DNA from: a virus
Taxonomy: Duplodnaviria; Heunggongvirae; Uroviricota; Caudoviricetes
Reading direction: 5' to 3' (one strand)
DNA: 64,000 nt
IMG/VR virus record: IMGVR_UViG_3300028591_000077
In this document: positions 40,232-51,513 of the stretch, piece by piece
How positions within the stretch are numbered: the first letter of the stretch is position 1
How the letters are laid out: the number at the start of each line of letters is the position of its first letter
Made by a program: the position numbers and the translations under genes
Notes under the pieces: generated by a model
Told to the model about the DNA's origin: nothing
Databases searched by the model: none
What the model saw: the letters and a program-made list of their open reading frames with translations, nothing else

Positions 40232-41881
40232 ATGGCAACAACTAAAAAACAATTTATAATCCCTAAAAGAAGCCATGAAAAACCAATTGACTTTGAGGTT
40301 GTAACTGGAACAGTTCTTTCCGATGATATTGGTCTTTTTGCTTATAATTCAAATTCAGCTTGGAGTAAATGGGTAATTTCAGACATTAAAAGCGGTTTAC
40401 AATTACAATGTAAATTTAATACATTAGCAGATTGTAAAGCTTTCGTAGAAACCATGCCTCAAGAGCTTGTTGATAAGATTAAAGCTCGTCAGCAAGATCA
40501 AGACTACTTAGAAATGTGTAATAAAATTAAGCAGCAAGCTTTAGAACTTTCTGTTTCTAATAAATACTATGAGGCTTTTAATGGAGATTTTAATGACCTT
40601 TATAGATTAAATGAAGAAGCAATTGGTCTATTCGAATCATTACATTTTAATACATTAGTTGAATCAGTTAAAATTGACTTTGCAAATGAAGTTGCAGAAC
40701 TTATTAAAAAGTATCCAGAGAGATTTAGCAATATTGATGCTGAAAATTTAGATAAACCTAAATATATTTCAATTGACTATTTAGATGGCTGCACAGATAT
40801 TACTTTTGATACCGGATTAGGCAATGATGACCCAATTGCAGACTTGACAGGCAATTCTACAAACCTTCTTGCTTTATCTGAGTATGATGATTTAATGAGA
40901 GAAGTTTTTAAAGGTAAAATTGATAAGTGATTAAAGAAGCATAATTTATCTCATGAGGATATCTGTTGGCTTAAATATGATCCTGATATTGACCAAGTAT
41001 TCTTAGAATTTAATACAGAACCAATTCATGATGAAAAAGAAGAAAGCTTAACGGAATCAAAAGAAGATTGAATTAACTTTGAGACCTGGGCTGGAAAAGA
41101 TAATGTTGAATTATTTAAGAAATTACAACCAAGATTACAAGGTCAAGAGCGTGACATGTATTATTGGATGGAACAAGGCTTAGATGCTCTTGAAGCAAGA
41201 TTGGCGGAATTACAAGCAACTCCTACAAAGGCTGAAAAGAATGCCGAAGCCGCTGGAAGTGCTGAATTAGTATACACGGATAATAATTGGTTGGTTTATC
41301 ATATTGATTCAGTAGAAGCCGCAAGAAAATATGGTAAAGGCACAAAATGGTGCATTTCAGCTGAACATGAGACAGCAGACGGTCAAACAGCTGAATCACA
41401 TTGGGAAAGTTATGTTTTGCGCGGTGCCGATAGTTTCTTTATTGTTATTAATAGACGAAACAGTAGAGATAAATATTGCGTAGTCCATTATGTAGATGGC
41501 ACAAAAGAGTTCTGGTCTGCGAATGATACTGTCATTAGTGAAATTCCTAATGGCCCTGCATTTGAGCCGGTTATGCTTACTGACACAATTCCAAATGTTA
41601 TTATAAAATCAGCTTATATCATTGCAGAAGCATTAGTTGACCGTATGGCTTCAAAGCTTGAATTATTTAGAAAGCCAAAAGGTTTTAGATTCTTTTTAAC
41701 TTCAAGATATGGTAGCGATACAAATGATAAAGTATTAAGATTATTTGCAAATATTGCTGCAGGTTTTAGACAATTTGGCACATCAGATGAGCTATTTAAC
41801 TTATATAGCTCTAAAGAATCCTATCGTGAAGCTATTGTAGAAGAAGTAGCAAAGCAAGTTCAAATTTTGGCAGGTAAATAA
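40232..41881 (+). CDS. hypothetical protein (549 aa, two TGA-Trp codons)
   Basis: track ORFs 40178.. and 41156.. are in frame, joined through TGA at 40928 and 41068; start set after TTGCTAAATTAT motif. Confidence 0.5.
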
Positions 41882-41884
41882 ATT

Positions 41885-42616
41885 ATGGATGAAAAGCTAG
41901 ATTTAAAATTAAGCAATTTGTTTTATAATTGTGCTCATACTATTAAGTATAAAACCGCAGGGCATGATGTTAATTATGCTTTTGTAGAAGAGCATGATAT
42001 TCTTTATATTTATTTTCAAGGCAGCGCCTCTGTAACCGACTGGATTAGAAACTTCTTATTTGGAAAACGCCCATACAAAGATATGGCTATCCCTTATAAG
42101 GTTCATAGAGGTTTTTTAGAAGCTTGAAAAGAAGTAGAAGATATTGTCATTGAAAAAGTTCAAGAAAAGAAAAAGAAGCGCTTCTATAATTCTTTTGAAG
42201 ATTCTTATTACTTTAAACAAGTTTATAAATGGAAAAAGATTATAGTAGTTGGATATTCTCACGGCGGTGCTCTTGCTGCATTCTGTCATGAGTGCGTTTG
42301 GTTCTGGCGTCCAGACCTTAGAGACGATGGTTTAGTTGGCTACGGCTTTGAGGCCCCAAGAATGTATGCTGAATATAGAGTTAAACCAGAATTAGGAAAA
42401 AGATGGGCAAATTTCACCGTTATTAGAACAAATAACGATTTAGTCACTCATTGCCCACCGGTGATCTTTAAATATCGTCATGTTGGTAAAATATTAAAAG
42501 TTAAGGGTGATGCCTCTTTAGTTAAGAAATGGTATATACCAAAATGTATTAAATCACATTTTCCAGAAGTCGTCTATGATGCTTTGGTAAAAATGGAGAA
42601 TGAAAAAAGAGCTTAA
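41885..42616 (+). CDS. class-3 (fungal-type) lipase-like alpha/beta hydrolase
   Basis: GYSHGGALA nucleophile elbow; ORFs 41885 and 42362 joined through TGA 42125. Confidence 0.5.
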
Positions 42617-42630
42617 TTAAGCTCTTTTTT
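42603..42630. terminator. bidirectional terminator
   Basis: perfect palindrome aaaaagagcttaattaagctcttttttt between convergent genes. Confidence 0.7.
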
Positions 42631-44530
42631 AATAGTCTTTCTCAGTCATGTTATTAATGACTTGTTTTACGTTATCTTGCAGACGTTTATTTTCTGGCTC
42701 AAACTGTAATGCTTTATAAGCGCAGCCAAGGCTTTCTAATTTTTGTCCATTATAGTAGTAAGCTAGACATAATAAATCATAGGGTTCATATGACCAAGAA
42801 ATATCGCGTTCTAGCCAAGTATAATGTCGATAACTTTTAGCAAGGCCCTGTTTGATTATATCGATGGCCATTTGATACTGCTTAAGCTCAAGAAAAGTTT
42901 TTGCTAAGTTAAGATACAACTCACGGTATGTAGGCTCAATTTCAATACCTTTAAAATAACTTGCGATTGCTTTGTCATATTGCTTAAGGTCTTGGTAATC
43001 ATCACCAATGAATAAATAACAACTTGCTCTTTCTAATGAGGCTATTTCTTTGTCATAAACAGTCAATACCTTATTTAGCTTTTCGATAGACTTTTCTAAG
43101 AAGCCTCTATAGCGATATTCATGTGCCAAATAAATTAATCCATACATATCTTCAGGATAATCTTTTTCCCTAAGCTCTAATAAACCTAAATAAGAACCAC
43201 GAGATTTTGTCTTATCTGGATAATGCTGTAATGTTATATCATTGAATAAATATAATGACTTTTCGGCTGGATAATTTTCTGTATGTTCTGTTTTATGCCA
43301 TAATAACTCGTGGACAGGGTAACGCCATTCCCAGTTTTTATCATGGATTTTATTGTAGTTGAATATACGACCTGGCTCACCGTTGTCTAAATGCGACCAA
43401 ACATATTTATAGGTTGCTCTTGTATGAACTCCTGGAATCCATTTTTCACGAAGTGGCTTTGCCCAACCTGCGTCTAATAATTCATCTAAATCGGTGCAAA
43501 TATAAATTTCTGTATCTTCTGGCACTAACTTTAGAGATTCGTTTCTTGCGACATCGAATCTCCAAGGCGTAATTACTTTTTGGGCAACTCTAAATTGAGC
43601 TGGATACTGTTTTTGATATTCTAATAATTTTTCATAAGTGCCATCTGTTGAGCCAGTATCTAATACACAAATATAATTTGCTTCTGACATAGATTTTACC
43701 CAAGCGTCTACGAATTTTAATTCATTTTTACAAATTGCATAAACTGCTATTTTCTTTTCTGCTGACATTTTATATAACTCCCATTGTTTATCTATTCAAG
43801 CGCCATTCCATCCTAATTTTCTACTTACTTCTGGCGGAGTGGCTTGGTATATTTGTTTAGCTAGCTGCATATATTTTCAAGCTTCAGTATAGTTGTGCAA
43901 AAGATAGTTTTGATATGCTAGCATAATATATATTCCGCCGCTATCTTCTGGATATAGCTCACAGCGTTTTTCAAGTAGCTGATTATATCATTGTCACTTT
44001 GTTGAATTATTGTCTTCATAATGCTCAACATATATTGGAATATTTGGACAATCTACATTTATACCGGTATTTATATCACCTAATGTTTCATGAACTGGAT
44101 AATACCATTTTGTTTTTCCGTTATTTCTGAAAATACGAAGCATTGGCACATATTGGCCGACATAATTCTTAGTAACATCTCTGCGATAAAAATTAAAAAT
44201 ATTAATTTTTGGGTCAAGATTCATTAATGCTTGTCGCCAATTTACCATGATACGCTCATCTAAATCCACACAAATTATAATATCAGTATCCGCAGGCACG
44301 AGCTCAATTGCTTTATTACGTGCTTCATCAAAATAAAAAGGCGTAAATATCTGTTGTTTAATAAAAAACTTATTTGGAGATTTTTGATTTAATTCCTGTA
44401 ATTTTTCTCATGTGCCATCTGTAGATCCAGTATCTAAAACAGTGATATAGTCGGCGTCTGAAAAATTAGCCACTCATTCATTTATGTTGGCAATTTCATC
44501 TTTACAAATAGCATTAATGCAAATTTTCAT
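42629..44530 (-). CDS. tandem-duplicated family-2 glycosyltransferase with C-terminal TPR repeats (about 630 aa; possible frameshift at extreme 5' end)
   Basis: two VLDTGSTDGT[YW]EKL GT2 cores (second W is TGA); no TAA/TAG between track ORFs 43994..44299 and 42629..43768; ATG at 44530 is out of frame by 1 nt in an A4T4 run. Confidence 0.55.
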
Positions 44531-44606
44531 AATAATTTTTCTAATATATTATACAATATATTATTAAATTTAGCTATTTAGCATTATATTTGTTGTATAA
44601 TATTAT

Positions 44607-45071
44607 ATGAACATTATTAAGTACCCAGACGAAAGGCTTAGAGAAATTTCCAACAAAGTCAGTCTCCCGCTTTCTGCAAAAGACAGAGCAACTTTAGATG
44701 AAATGTATTCATGGCTAAAAGATAATAGCGATGCTGCCGTTGGCTTATCAGCTATTCAAATTGGCATTGCAAAAAGAATGTGTGTCATTAGAATTAAAGA
44801 CGAAAAGACCATTGGTTACAAGCTGGTTAATCCGAAGATTATTAAGCACTCTAATAGACAAATATTTATGTCAGAAGGATGCTTGTCTGTGTTAGAAGAT
44901 CATGAAGAGGCCATCCCAAGATGGGAATCTGTTGTGGTAATGGCTTATGATGCCATCTCAAATAAAAATATTGTAGTTGAAGCGACTGGCTTTCTAGCGA
45001 GAGTTTTTCAGCATGAAATTGATCATATGGATGGCAAACTTTATATTGATTATATTAAGGAGGAAATGTAA
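44607..45071 (+). CDS. def: peptide deformylase
   Basis: GLSAIQIG, EGCLS and QHEIDH match PDF motifs 1-3; leaderless ATG right after ttgtataatat. Confidence 0.85.
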   Translation: MNIIKYPDERLREISNKVSLPLSAKDRATLDEMYSWLKDNSDAAVGLSAIQIGIAKRMCVIRIKDEKTIGYKLVNPKIIKHSNRQIFMSEGCLSVLEDHEEAIPRWESVVVMAYDAISNKNIVVEATGFLARVFQHEIDHMDGKLYIDYIKEEM

Positions 45072-45487
45072 TGATTGATAAATTCGATGAAGAATATAGT
45101 TTTTTAAGTAATTATTATCCATGTAAAGTTGTTTATAATGGTTATACATTTTTAAGTTCAGAAGCTGCATATCAATCTCAGAAAGACCCAAGCCGCGTGG
45201 AAGAATTCATTAATTTAGAAGCGGATGATTCAAAACACTTGGCCAGAAAAGTTAACATTAGGCCAGATTGGGAAGAAGTTAAATTACCAATTATGGAAGA
45301 AATTGTTAGAGCTAAATTTGAGCAAAATAAAGACCTTGCTGAAAAATTAATTGCAACAGGCGATGAAGAACTTGTTGAGGGTAATTATTGGCGCGATTGT
45401 TTCTGGGGTGTCTGCAATGGTCAAGGTGAAAATCATTTAGGCAAAATACTTATGCAGATAAGAGCTGAACTTGGTGGTAATAAATAA
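45071..45487 (+). CDS. NADAR (YbiA-like, DUF1768) domain protein
   Basis: FLSNYY, SEAAYQSQK, RAKFEQN..L...L.ATG...LVE, WG...G.G.N.LG align with E. coli YbiA. Confidence 0.75.
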   Translation: MIDKFDEEYSFLSNYYPCKVVYNGYTFLSSEAAYQSQKDPSRVEEFINLEADDSKHLARKVNIRPDWEEVKLPIMEEIVRAKFEQNKDLAEKLIATGDEELVEGNYWRDCFWGVCNGQGENHLGKILMQIRAELGGNK

Positions 45488-45765
45488 TGGAATTTAAACC
45501 AAATTATAGAACCGAAGACGGCTTATTTGAAATAATGCTCGATAAGAGCGCCTTAACTTTAGAGCATCCAGAAGCAAGAGCAAATTGGGTATCTAAAGAT
45601 ATCACTTCTTCTGCAAAAATAACTGTCTATAATACTGAAACTAAAGCTTTAAGCCAAAAATCAATTTATTACAGCAAAACAAAAGGTTTTTATTTTAAGG
45701 GACATTATGGCTATTGGAATAACTATAGCTATAGTATCAGCGAATTAGTACCTATAGAGGAGTAG
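45487..45765 (+). CDS. hypothetical protein (92 aa)
   Basis: ORF. Confidence 0.45.
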   Translation: MEFKPNYRTEDGLFEIMLDKSALTLEHPEARANWVSKDITSSAKITVYNTETKALSQKSIYYSKTKGFYFKGHYGYWNNYSYSISELVPIEE

Positions 45766-45769
45766 AACA

Positions 45770-47107
45770 ATGTTGTCAAAATTTAGTCAATTTGTCAATG
45801 AGATTTTAGCTGATAATTCAAGATTGGCTAAAATTGCTGTTTTAGAAAAATATAAGGATGATGAATCCGTTAGGTATTTTTTACAGTTTGTTTATGACCC
45901 ATATGTTACAACCGGATTATCCGATAAGAAATTAAATAAAGATGTCGAGATCTTTAGCTATAGCTTATTTGATGCCGACGGTAATTTTAATGAAGATTGT
46001 GATACTATTTTTCAGCTTGACTGCTCAGAGGATGAGGATAAGGCAATCTTTGAATATATTAAAGAACATAATACCGGTAGGGATAGTGATATTAGAACTG
46101 TTCAGAATTTCAAGAAAAGTCATTTTAATAAATGCCCCGAAATGCTTGATTTGTTTGATAGAATAATTACTAAGAATCTTCAATTAGGTATTGATGCGAA
46201 AACTATTAATAAAGTTATTCCAGGTCTTATTCCTGAATTTAATGTTATGCTTGCAAATAAATATTTCGATAAACCAGAAGTTATTGATGGTAGAGAGTTT
46301 GTTATCACAACAAAAATTGATGGTTCAAGAATTATCGCAATGAAGGATAATGGCCAAGTTAGTTTTTGGACTCGTCAAGGACAAAAATACGAAGGCCTTA
46401 TTGACTTAGAAGAAGCTCTTAAAAATATTAGTGAAGATAATTTTGTACTAGATGGCGAAATCGTTGCCATGAATACAGATAAAGAAGACACTTATAAAAA
46501 TACCATGAAGCTTAGTAGAACAAAAGAGCAAGCTAAGCATGGTCTTAAAATGTTAGTCTTCGATTATATGCCAATTGCTAATTTCAAGCTTCAGTGTTGC
46601 CCAATGACTTATAGTGCAAGAAGAAGTACTTTATCTGCAATATTTGACCTTAATGGACAACATCTTGCACCTTATTTTGAATTATTGCCAATGCTTTATA
46701 GAGGCACAGATACTAATAAAATAATCGAACTTTTAAACGAGCAAACAGCCAAAGGTGAAGAAGGAATCATGATTAACATCTGTGATGCCCCTTATGATTT
46801 CAAAAGAAGCAACAATCTTCTTAAAGTAAAGAAATTCCAGGATACTGAAGTTAAGATTGTTGGATATGAAGAAGGTGTTAATAAATTAGCTGGAACATTG
46901 GGCGCATTTATATGCGAATATAAAGATAATATTGTGCGTGTAGGCTCCGGATTAAGCGATGAAGATAGAGCTTATTTCTGGGCTAATCAAGATAAATATC
47001 TAAATAAATATATCACGGTCAAATATTTTGAAGAAAGCTATGATTCTAAGACAAATCTTCCTTCATTAAGATTCCCAATTTATATGAGGGTTAGAGAAGA
47101 CATTTAA
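45770..47107 (+). CDS. ATP-dependent DNA ligase
   Basis: motif I KIDGSR, motif III LDGEIVAM, motif IV EGIMINI, motif V LLKVKKF. Confidence 0.75.
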   Translation: MLSKFSQFVNEILADNSRLAKIAVLEKYKDDESVRYFLQFVYDPYVTTGLSDKKLNKDVEIFSYSLFDADGNFNEDCDTIFQLDCSEDEDKAIFEYIKEHNTGRDSDIRTVQNFKKSHFNKCPEMLDLFDRIITKNLQLGIDAKTINKVIPGLIPEFNVMLANKYFDKPEVIDGREFVITTKIDGSRIIAMKDNGQVSFWTRQGQKYEGLIDLEEALKNISEDNFVLDGEIVAMNTDKEDTYKNTMKLSRTKEQAKHGLKMLVFDYMPIANFKLQCCPMTYSARRSTLSAIFDLNGQHLAPYFELLPMLYRGTDTNKIIELLNEQTAKGEEGIMINICDAPYDFKRSNNLLKVKKFQDTEVKIVGYEEGVNKLAGTLGAFICEYKDNIVRVGSGLSDEDRAYFWANQDKYLNKYITVKYFEESYDSKTNLPSLRFPIYMRVREDI

Positions 47108-47158
47108 TTAAAATATTATTGCTAAATTATATTAGTTACTGGTAAAGGAGAATATAAT

Positions 47159-47419
47159 ATGGCAAAAGGTAAAGGCAGTAAATCAAGTGGTGGTCCACAT
47201 AAAAGTCATGGTCCTAAGAGACACATGTTTAGATGGGCTGGCCCAATGAAACATGAGTTTGCTAAATCTGGTCTTCTAAGCAAATACTATGATTTTGAAT
47301 CTTGGCAATTAGCTATGGCAGCAAGAGGCTGTAAAAAAGCTGATTACAATGAGTTTAAGACATTCGTATTGCTAAGCATGGAAGAAAAGAGAGCATACTT
47401 CGCAAATCTTAAAAAATAA
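47159..47419 (+). CDS. small basic protein (86 aa)
   Basis: ORF after TTGCTAAATTAT motif; terminator 47405-47437 follows. Confidence 0.45.
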   Translation: MAKGKGSKSSGGPHKSHGPKRHMFRWAGPMKHEFAKSGLLSKYYDFESWQLAMAARGCKKADYNEFKTFVLLSMEEKRAYFANLKK

Positions 47420-47527
47420 GGCTCAAATTGAGCCTTTTTATTTATAAAAATAAAAATCGTATAATACTATGTTGGGTTCCCGGAATGGTCCATAGCATTC
47501 TAGCCCGTAAGTGGAGAAAGAGAAAAT

Positions 47528-47794
47528 ATGGATAAGAAAAGCACAAAGGGGCTGACTGCTGTTGAGGCAAGAGCGCTCGCAGACAAGGCTGAAGTTCTTT
47601 TAGGAAGAATTTATAAAGGCATCAAAGAACAAGCAAGAGAAAGCATGACTACGCTTAATTATTATCTCTCTGATGCAAGTGCGATAGCTGTTGAAACGGT
47701 AGTAAATACTCTAAAGATTGAAGGCTATCAGGTAGAAGCTGTTACGAACAAGACGGATGATGTTGTTGAAACAGTAATCAAAATTGCTTGGTAA
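47528..47794 (+). CDS. hypothetical protein (88 aa)
   Basis: ORF with 70-nt structured leader. Confidence 0.45.
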   Translation: MDKKSTKGLTAVEARALADKAEVLLGRIYKGIKEQARESMTTLNYYLSDASAIAVETVVNTLKIEGYQVEAVTNKTDDVVETVIKIAW

Positions 47795-47862
47795 TCAGGA
47801 AAAGAATTATAATTAGAGGGTTTATTGTTTACAAACCCTCTTTTTTATTGTATAATAATAGT

Positions 47863-48255
47863 ATGAGATATTTCATTTCTGGCCATGGTTGGCTTTCACA
47901 AGAACAATTCAATCAATACTACGTCCCAGTCTTAGAGCGAATCTTAGAATACGATTTAAGTAATTCAGAATTCGTTGTTGGAGATTTCAAAGGCGTAGAT
48001 ATTATAGCGCAGCAATGGCTTGTCGATCACGGTAAGGCAGAACAGCTTACAGTATATCACATGTTTGATAAGCCAAGAAACCTTGCGACTGGTTGTGAGC
48101 ATTATTGTGAAATCAAGACAGTTGGCGGATTCAAGACTGATGAAGAAAGAGATGCAGCCATGACGGCTAATTCGGACTTCGATATCGCATTCGTGTTTAG
48201 AAAGAATTCAGGCACAGAGAGAAATATCAAAAGACGACATATGAAAGGAGCCTAG
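47863..48255 (+). CDS. hypothetical protein (130 aa), leaderless
   Basis: ATG right after ttgtataataatagt. Confidence 0.45.
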   Translation: MRYFISGHGWLSQEQFNQYYVPVLERILEYDLSNSEFVVGDFKGVDIIAQQWLVDHGKAEQLTVYHMFDKPRNLATGCEHYCEIKTVGGFKTDEERDAAMTANSDFDIAFVFRKNSGTERNIKRRHMKGA

Positions 48256-48258
48256 AAG

Positions 48259-49683
48259 ATGTTTGTTAAAAAAGTAGAATTTAATTGGACAGATACAAAT
48301 CTATTAAGTAGCTTACTTGGCCTATTTAATGCTTTTAAGCACGCAGATAAAGAATTATATCTTGTTGGCGGTTGCGTTCGAGATTTACTTCTAGGCAAAA
48401 CTCCAAAAGATTATGATTTATGCACAAACGCCACCCCTGATGAAGTTAAGGCTATTTGTGAAAAGACCGAATTAAAGACTTTTGATTCCGGTATTAAGCA
48501 TGGAACATTAACTGTTATTGATGATTTATATCATCAAAGCTTTGAGATTACAACCTACCGTATCGATGGAAAATATTCAGACGGTCGTCATCCTGATGAA
48601 GTTGTTTTTACTCCTTCATTAGAAGAAGACTTAAAACGTCGCGACTTCACAATCAACTCTTTCGCTTATGCTTTATCAAAACAAGAATTAATTGCTTTAG
48701 ATGAGTCTTATTTCAAAGACTTAGAATATGGCATTATTCGAACTGTTGGAAATCCAGAAGAAAGATTTAAAGAAGATGCTTTGAGAATGCTTAGAGCGTT
48801 CAGATTCATGGCGCAACTTAATTTCAGCCTTGATGCCAATACATTTAATGCTATTAAGGCTTTAAATTCACTTCTTGTAAATGTTTCTAAGGAAAGAATT
48901 AGAGATGAGCTTACAAAGATTGTTATGAGCGATAATCCACAAGTTTTAGAGCTTATTGTTATTGCTAAGCTAGAGATATATATTTTTGATGGTAAAACTC
49001 CATTAACAGATTGCGTCAATTGCCAACATGATAATCCATGGCATTATACTGACGTATTTCATCACACAATGGATGTCATTAAAAGAGTGCCTAAAAAGTT
49101 TGAGCTAAGATGGGCTGCATTGTTCCATGATTTTGGAAAACCAGCAACAAAGCAACTAAAAGAGGGAACTACAAATCATTACAATTATCACGGCCATCCA
49201 GACGTTTCTGCTGAAATGGCCCTGGTTTTGATGGATATTTTGAAGTTTTCAAATGACCAAAAAGACTTAATTTATAAGTTTGTTAAATATCATGATACTG
49301 ATTTAGTGTCTTGCAGAAATGCAACGTTCAAAAATGTTCTTGTTGAGATTGGTGTTGAACATTTTCCTGACTTTATTAAATTAAAGCTAGCAGACGCAAT
49401 GGCACATCAAATCACAAAAGATACAAAGTGGGCTATCGATGCAATTAGCAAACTTTATGAAAGATTTGATAAAACAGTCGTCGAATCACAAGCCTTGACA
49501 GTTAAGGATTTAGCAATCAACGGTTATGATATAATCAATGATGGATTTTTACAAGGTAAAGAAATCGGCGATTGCCTAAGATGGATGCTTGATATCGTGT
49601 TAGAGCACCCAGAATATAACACACGAGAAAAATTGCTTGAGCTTCTTCAAACGTTCAAGGAGATGTCTTTTCAGGCAAGCTAA
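48259..49683 (+). CDS. cca: CCA-adding tRNA nucleotidyltransferase with HD domain
   Basis: LVGGCVRDLLLGKTPKDYDL pol-beta head motif; downstream HD motifs HHTMDV / FHDFGKP. Confidence 0.8.
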   Translation: MFVKKVEFNWTDTNLLSSLLGLFNAFKHADKELYLVGGCVRDLLLGKTPKDYDLCTNATPDEVKAICEKTELKTFDSGIKHGTLTVIDDLYHQSFEITTYRIDGKYSDGRHPDEVVFTPSLEEDLKRRDFTINSFAYALSKQELIALDESYFKDLEYGIIRTVGNPEERFKEDALRMLRAFRFMAQLNFSLDANTFNAIKALNSLLVNVSKERIRDELTKIVMSDNPQVLELIVIAKLEIYIFDGKTPLTDCVNCQHDNPWHYTDVFHHTMDVIKRVPKKFELRWAALFHDFGKPATKQLKEGTTNHYNYHGHPDVSAEMALVLMDILKFSNDQKDLIYKFVKYHDTDLVSCRNATFKNVLVEIGVEHFPDFIKLKLADAMAHQITKDTKWAIDAISKLYERFDKTVVESQALTVKDLAINGYDIINDGFLQGKEIGDCLRWMLDIVLEHPEYNTREKLLELLQTFKEMSFQAS

Positions 49684-49695
49684 GAGGACAAAACA

Positions 49696-50256
49696 ATGAA
49701 AGTGATATTCTTAGACATAGATGGCGTTATGAATGACGAGCTCGCATACAGGGCTTGGAAGGAAAACCCAGACAAAGAGACCTTTGAAGATTCTGACGTT
49801 CCTACGGATCAGCATATGGCTCAATTAAAGAGAATTGTTGATGCGACTGGCGCGGAGATTGTTTTGTCCTCAGCCTGGAGATGCTCTATTTGGGGCATGA
49901 GGACTGTTCTGGAGCGCCTTAATGACTATGGCTTAAAGTTATTAAGCGTTACTGATGAAGGTGTCCCAGAATCAGTTTTAGACGCCTCTGGCTTTGGTGA
50001 TTTAGAACCAAGAAGTGTGTCTAAGCGTTCTTGGGACGGTTCCAACACCATGATTGTTAATGATCGTGGTGCAGAAATTGCCGGTTGGATGCTAAGACAA
50101 AAGAATAAAGGAGTCAATATTGAATCATTCGTTATCTTAGATGATGAGGATGTCGATATTGTTCAATACTATCCGAAAAATCTTATCAAAACAAGCTATA
50201 TGGCTGGCTTGACTGATGAAGATGTTGAAAAATGTATCAGTATACTAAATAATTAA
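49696..50256 (+). CDS. HAD-superfamily phosphatase (paralog A)
   Basis: FLDIDGVMN motif I, VLSSAWR; paralogous to 55165 ORF. Confidence 0.55.
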   Translation: MKVIFLDIDGVMNDELAYRAWKENPDKETFEDSDVPTDQHMAQLKRIVDATGAEIVLSSAWRCSIWGMRTVLERLNDYGLKLLSVTDEGVPESVLDASGFGDLEPRSVSKRSWDGSNTMIVNDRGAEIAGWMLRQKNKGVNIESFVILDDEDVDIVQYYPKNLIKTSYMAGLTDEDVEKCISILNN

Positions 50257-50257
50257 A

Positions 50258-51235
50258 TTGTATTATATAAAGGAGGTGCTGCTTATGAGAGACACAAATT
50301 TACCAATGTACCAAATGATTGCAGATGTCAATGAACTTAAATGGTTTTTTGATCATGTCATTCAAAAGCCACAAGTTAATGAATCTTATTCTGCTGTCTT
50401 TGTAAGCAGACATAAAAAGCTTACAAAAGAAGAACAAGAAGAAGTCGGTCTAACCCGTAAAGAAGCAGAATTTTTAGCTACACAAACTTTTAGACTTGGC
50501 AGCTTTAAAGACGCTTTATATATTGATGAGGCAAATAACTGGACTTTTGATAGGTTTTTACAAAGGGTTAGACGTTTTAATGTCGATAAATATTCTTATA
50601 CGACTTCTAAAGGTCAACCTATCCCAACGAAAACTTTGGCTGTTATTTTCTATGTCAACCCATGTGATGACATCAAAGTCGTCAGGGAATTCATCAATCA
50701 ATATTTAGACGTCAGTCAGGCTATTTCAAAAGCTATGCTTGGTGGCAAAACGACTGTTGACAATCTTCAAAGCTATCAATGGTTTGGCAATGCTGAAAGC
50801 AATCTTAAGCATTTAAAAGCAAATCAAAAAGGCACTAGATATTGGATGGACTTCGATATCGACGTTCCTAAATGGTTTAAAACAAATAGCTACAAAGACC
50901 ATAACGAAAAAACAGTTACCTATTTCGAAGCTTTAAAAGAACAACTTACTTTGAGGTTTGGAAAAGGCAATTATGTAGTGGTTGATACTAGCGGCGGATA
51001 TCACGTGCTAGTAAAAACAACTTCTATAAAAGAAGATCCACATAAATTCTGCACTGCCGTAAAGCTTATCTATCAACTTGGCATTATGGCCGGTGAGGAA
51101 GAATACTTAGATGAAAAAGGCACATGTAAGTTTGAGTGCATTATCAATGATTCTCAAATTCCTGGTTTACCTCTTCCTGGCACCTATCAATATGATAGAC
51201 CTGTCACGGTTCTAAATAAGGAGGACTTTGACTAA
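50258..51235 (+). CDS. hypothetical protein (325 aa)
   Basis: ORF. Confidence 0.5.
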   Translation: MYYIKEVLLMRDTNLPMYQMIADVNELKWFFDHVIQKPQVNESYSAVFVSRHKKLTKEEQEEVGLTRKEAEFLATQTFRLGSFKDALYIDEANNWTFDRFLQRVRRFNVDKYSYTTSKGQPIPTKTLAVIFYVNPCDDIKVVREFINQYLDVSQAISKAMLGGKTTVDNLQSYQWFGNAESNLKHLKANQKGTRYWMDFDIDVPKWFKTNSYKDHNEKTVTYFEALKEQLTLRFGKGNYVVVDTSGGYHVLVKTTSIKEDPHKFCTAVKLIYQLGIMAGEEEYLDEKGTCKFECIINDSQIPGLPLPGTYQYDRPVTVLNKEDFD

Positions 51236-51513
51236 TGTTCGAGAGAATAGTGGAGCTCATGGACCTAAACCGTGAGCTCCATATTGAAGTAAATAAAACT
51301 ATTGCTGATATTAGAGCTAAATATCCTAATATTTACAAAAGACAAAAAGGAATCAGAGTTCCTTATACTTATACTAAGTATGATACTAAATATCTCATCT
51401 TTGATTATGATACAGGATTTTTCTGTATAAAGTTTGGAGATGGTAAGGCGGCAGGTTTTGATTTGAGAAAATATAAGAAAACTTGGGCCTTTAGCAAGGA
51501 GGACTTCGAATAA
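51235..51513 (+). CDS. hypothetical protein (92 aa)
   Basis: ORF. Confidence 0.45.
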   Translation: MFERIVELMDLNRELHIEVNKTIADIRAKYPNIYKRQKGIRVPYTYTKYDTKYLIFDYDTGFFCIKFGDGKAAGFDLRKYKKTWAFSKEDFE

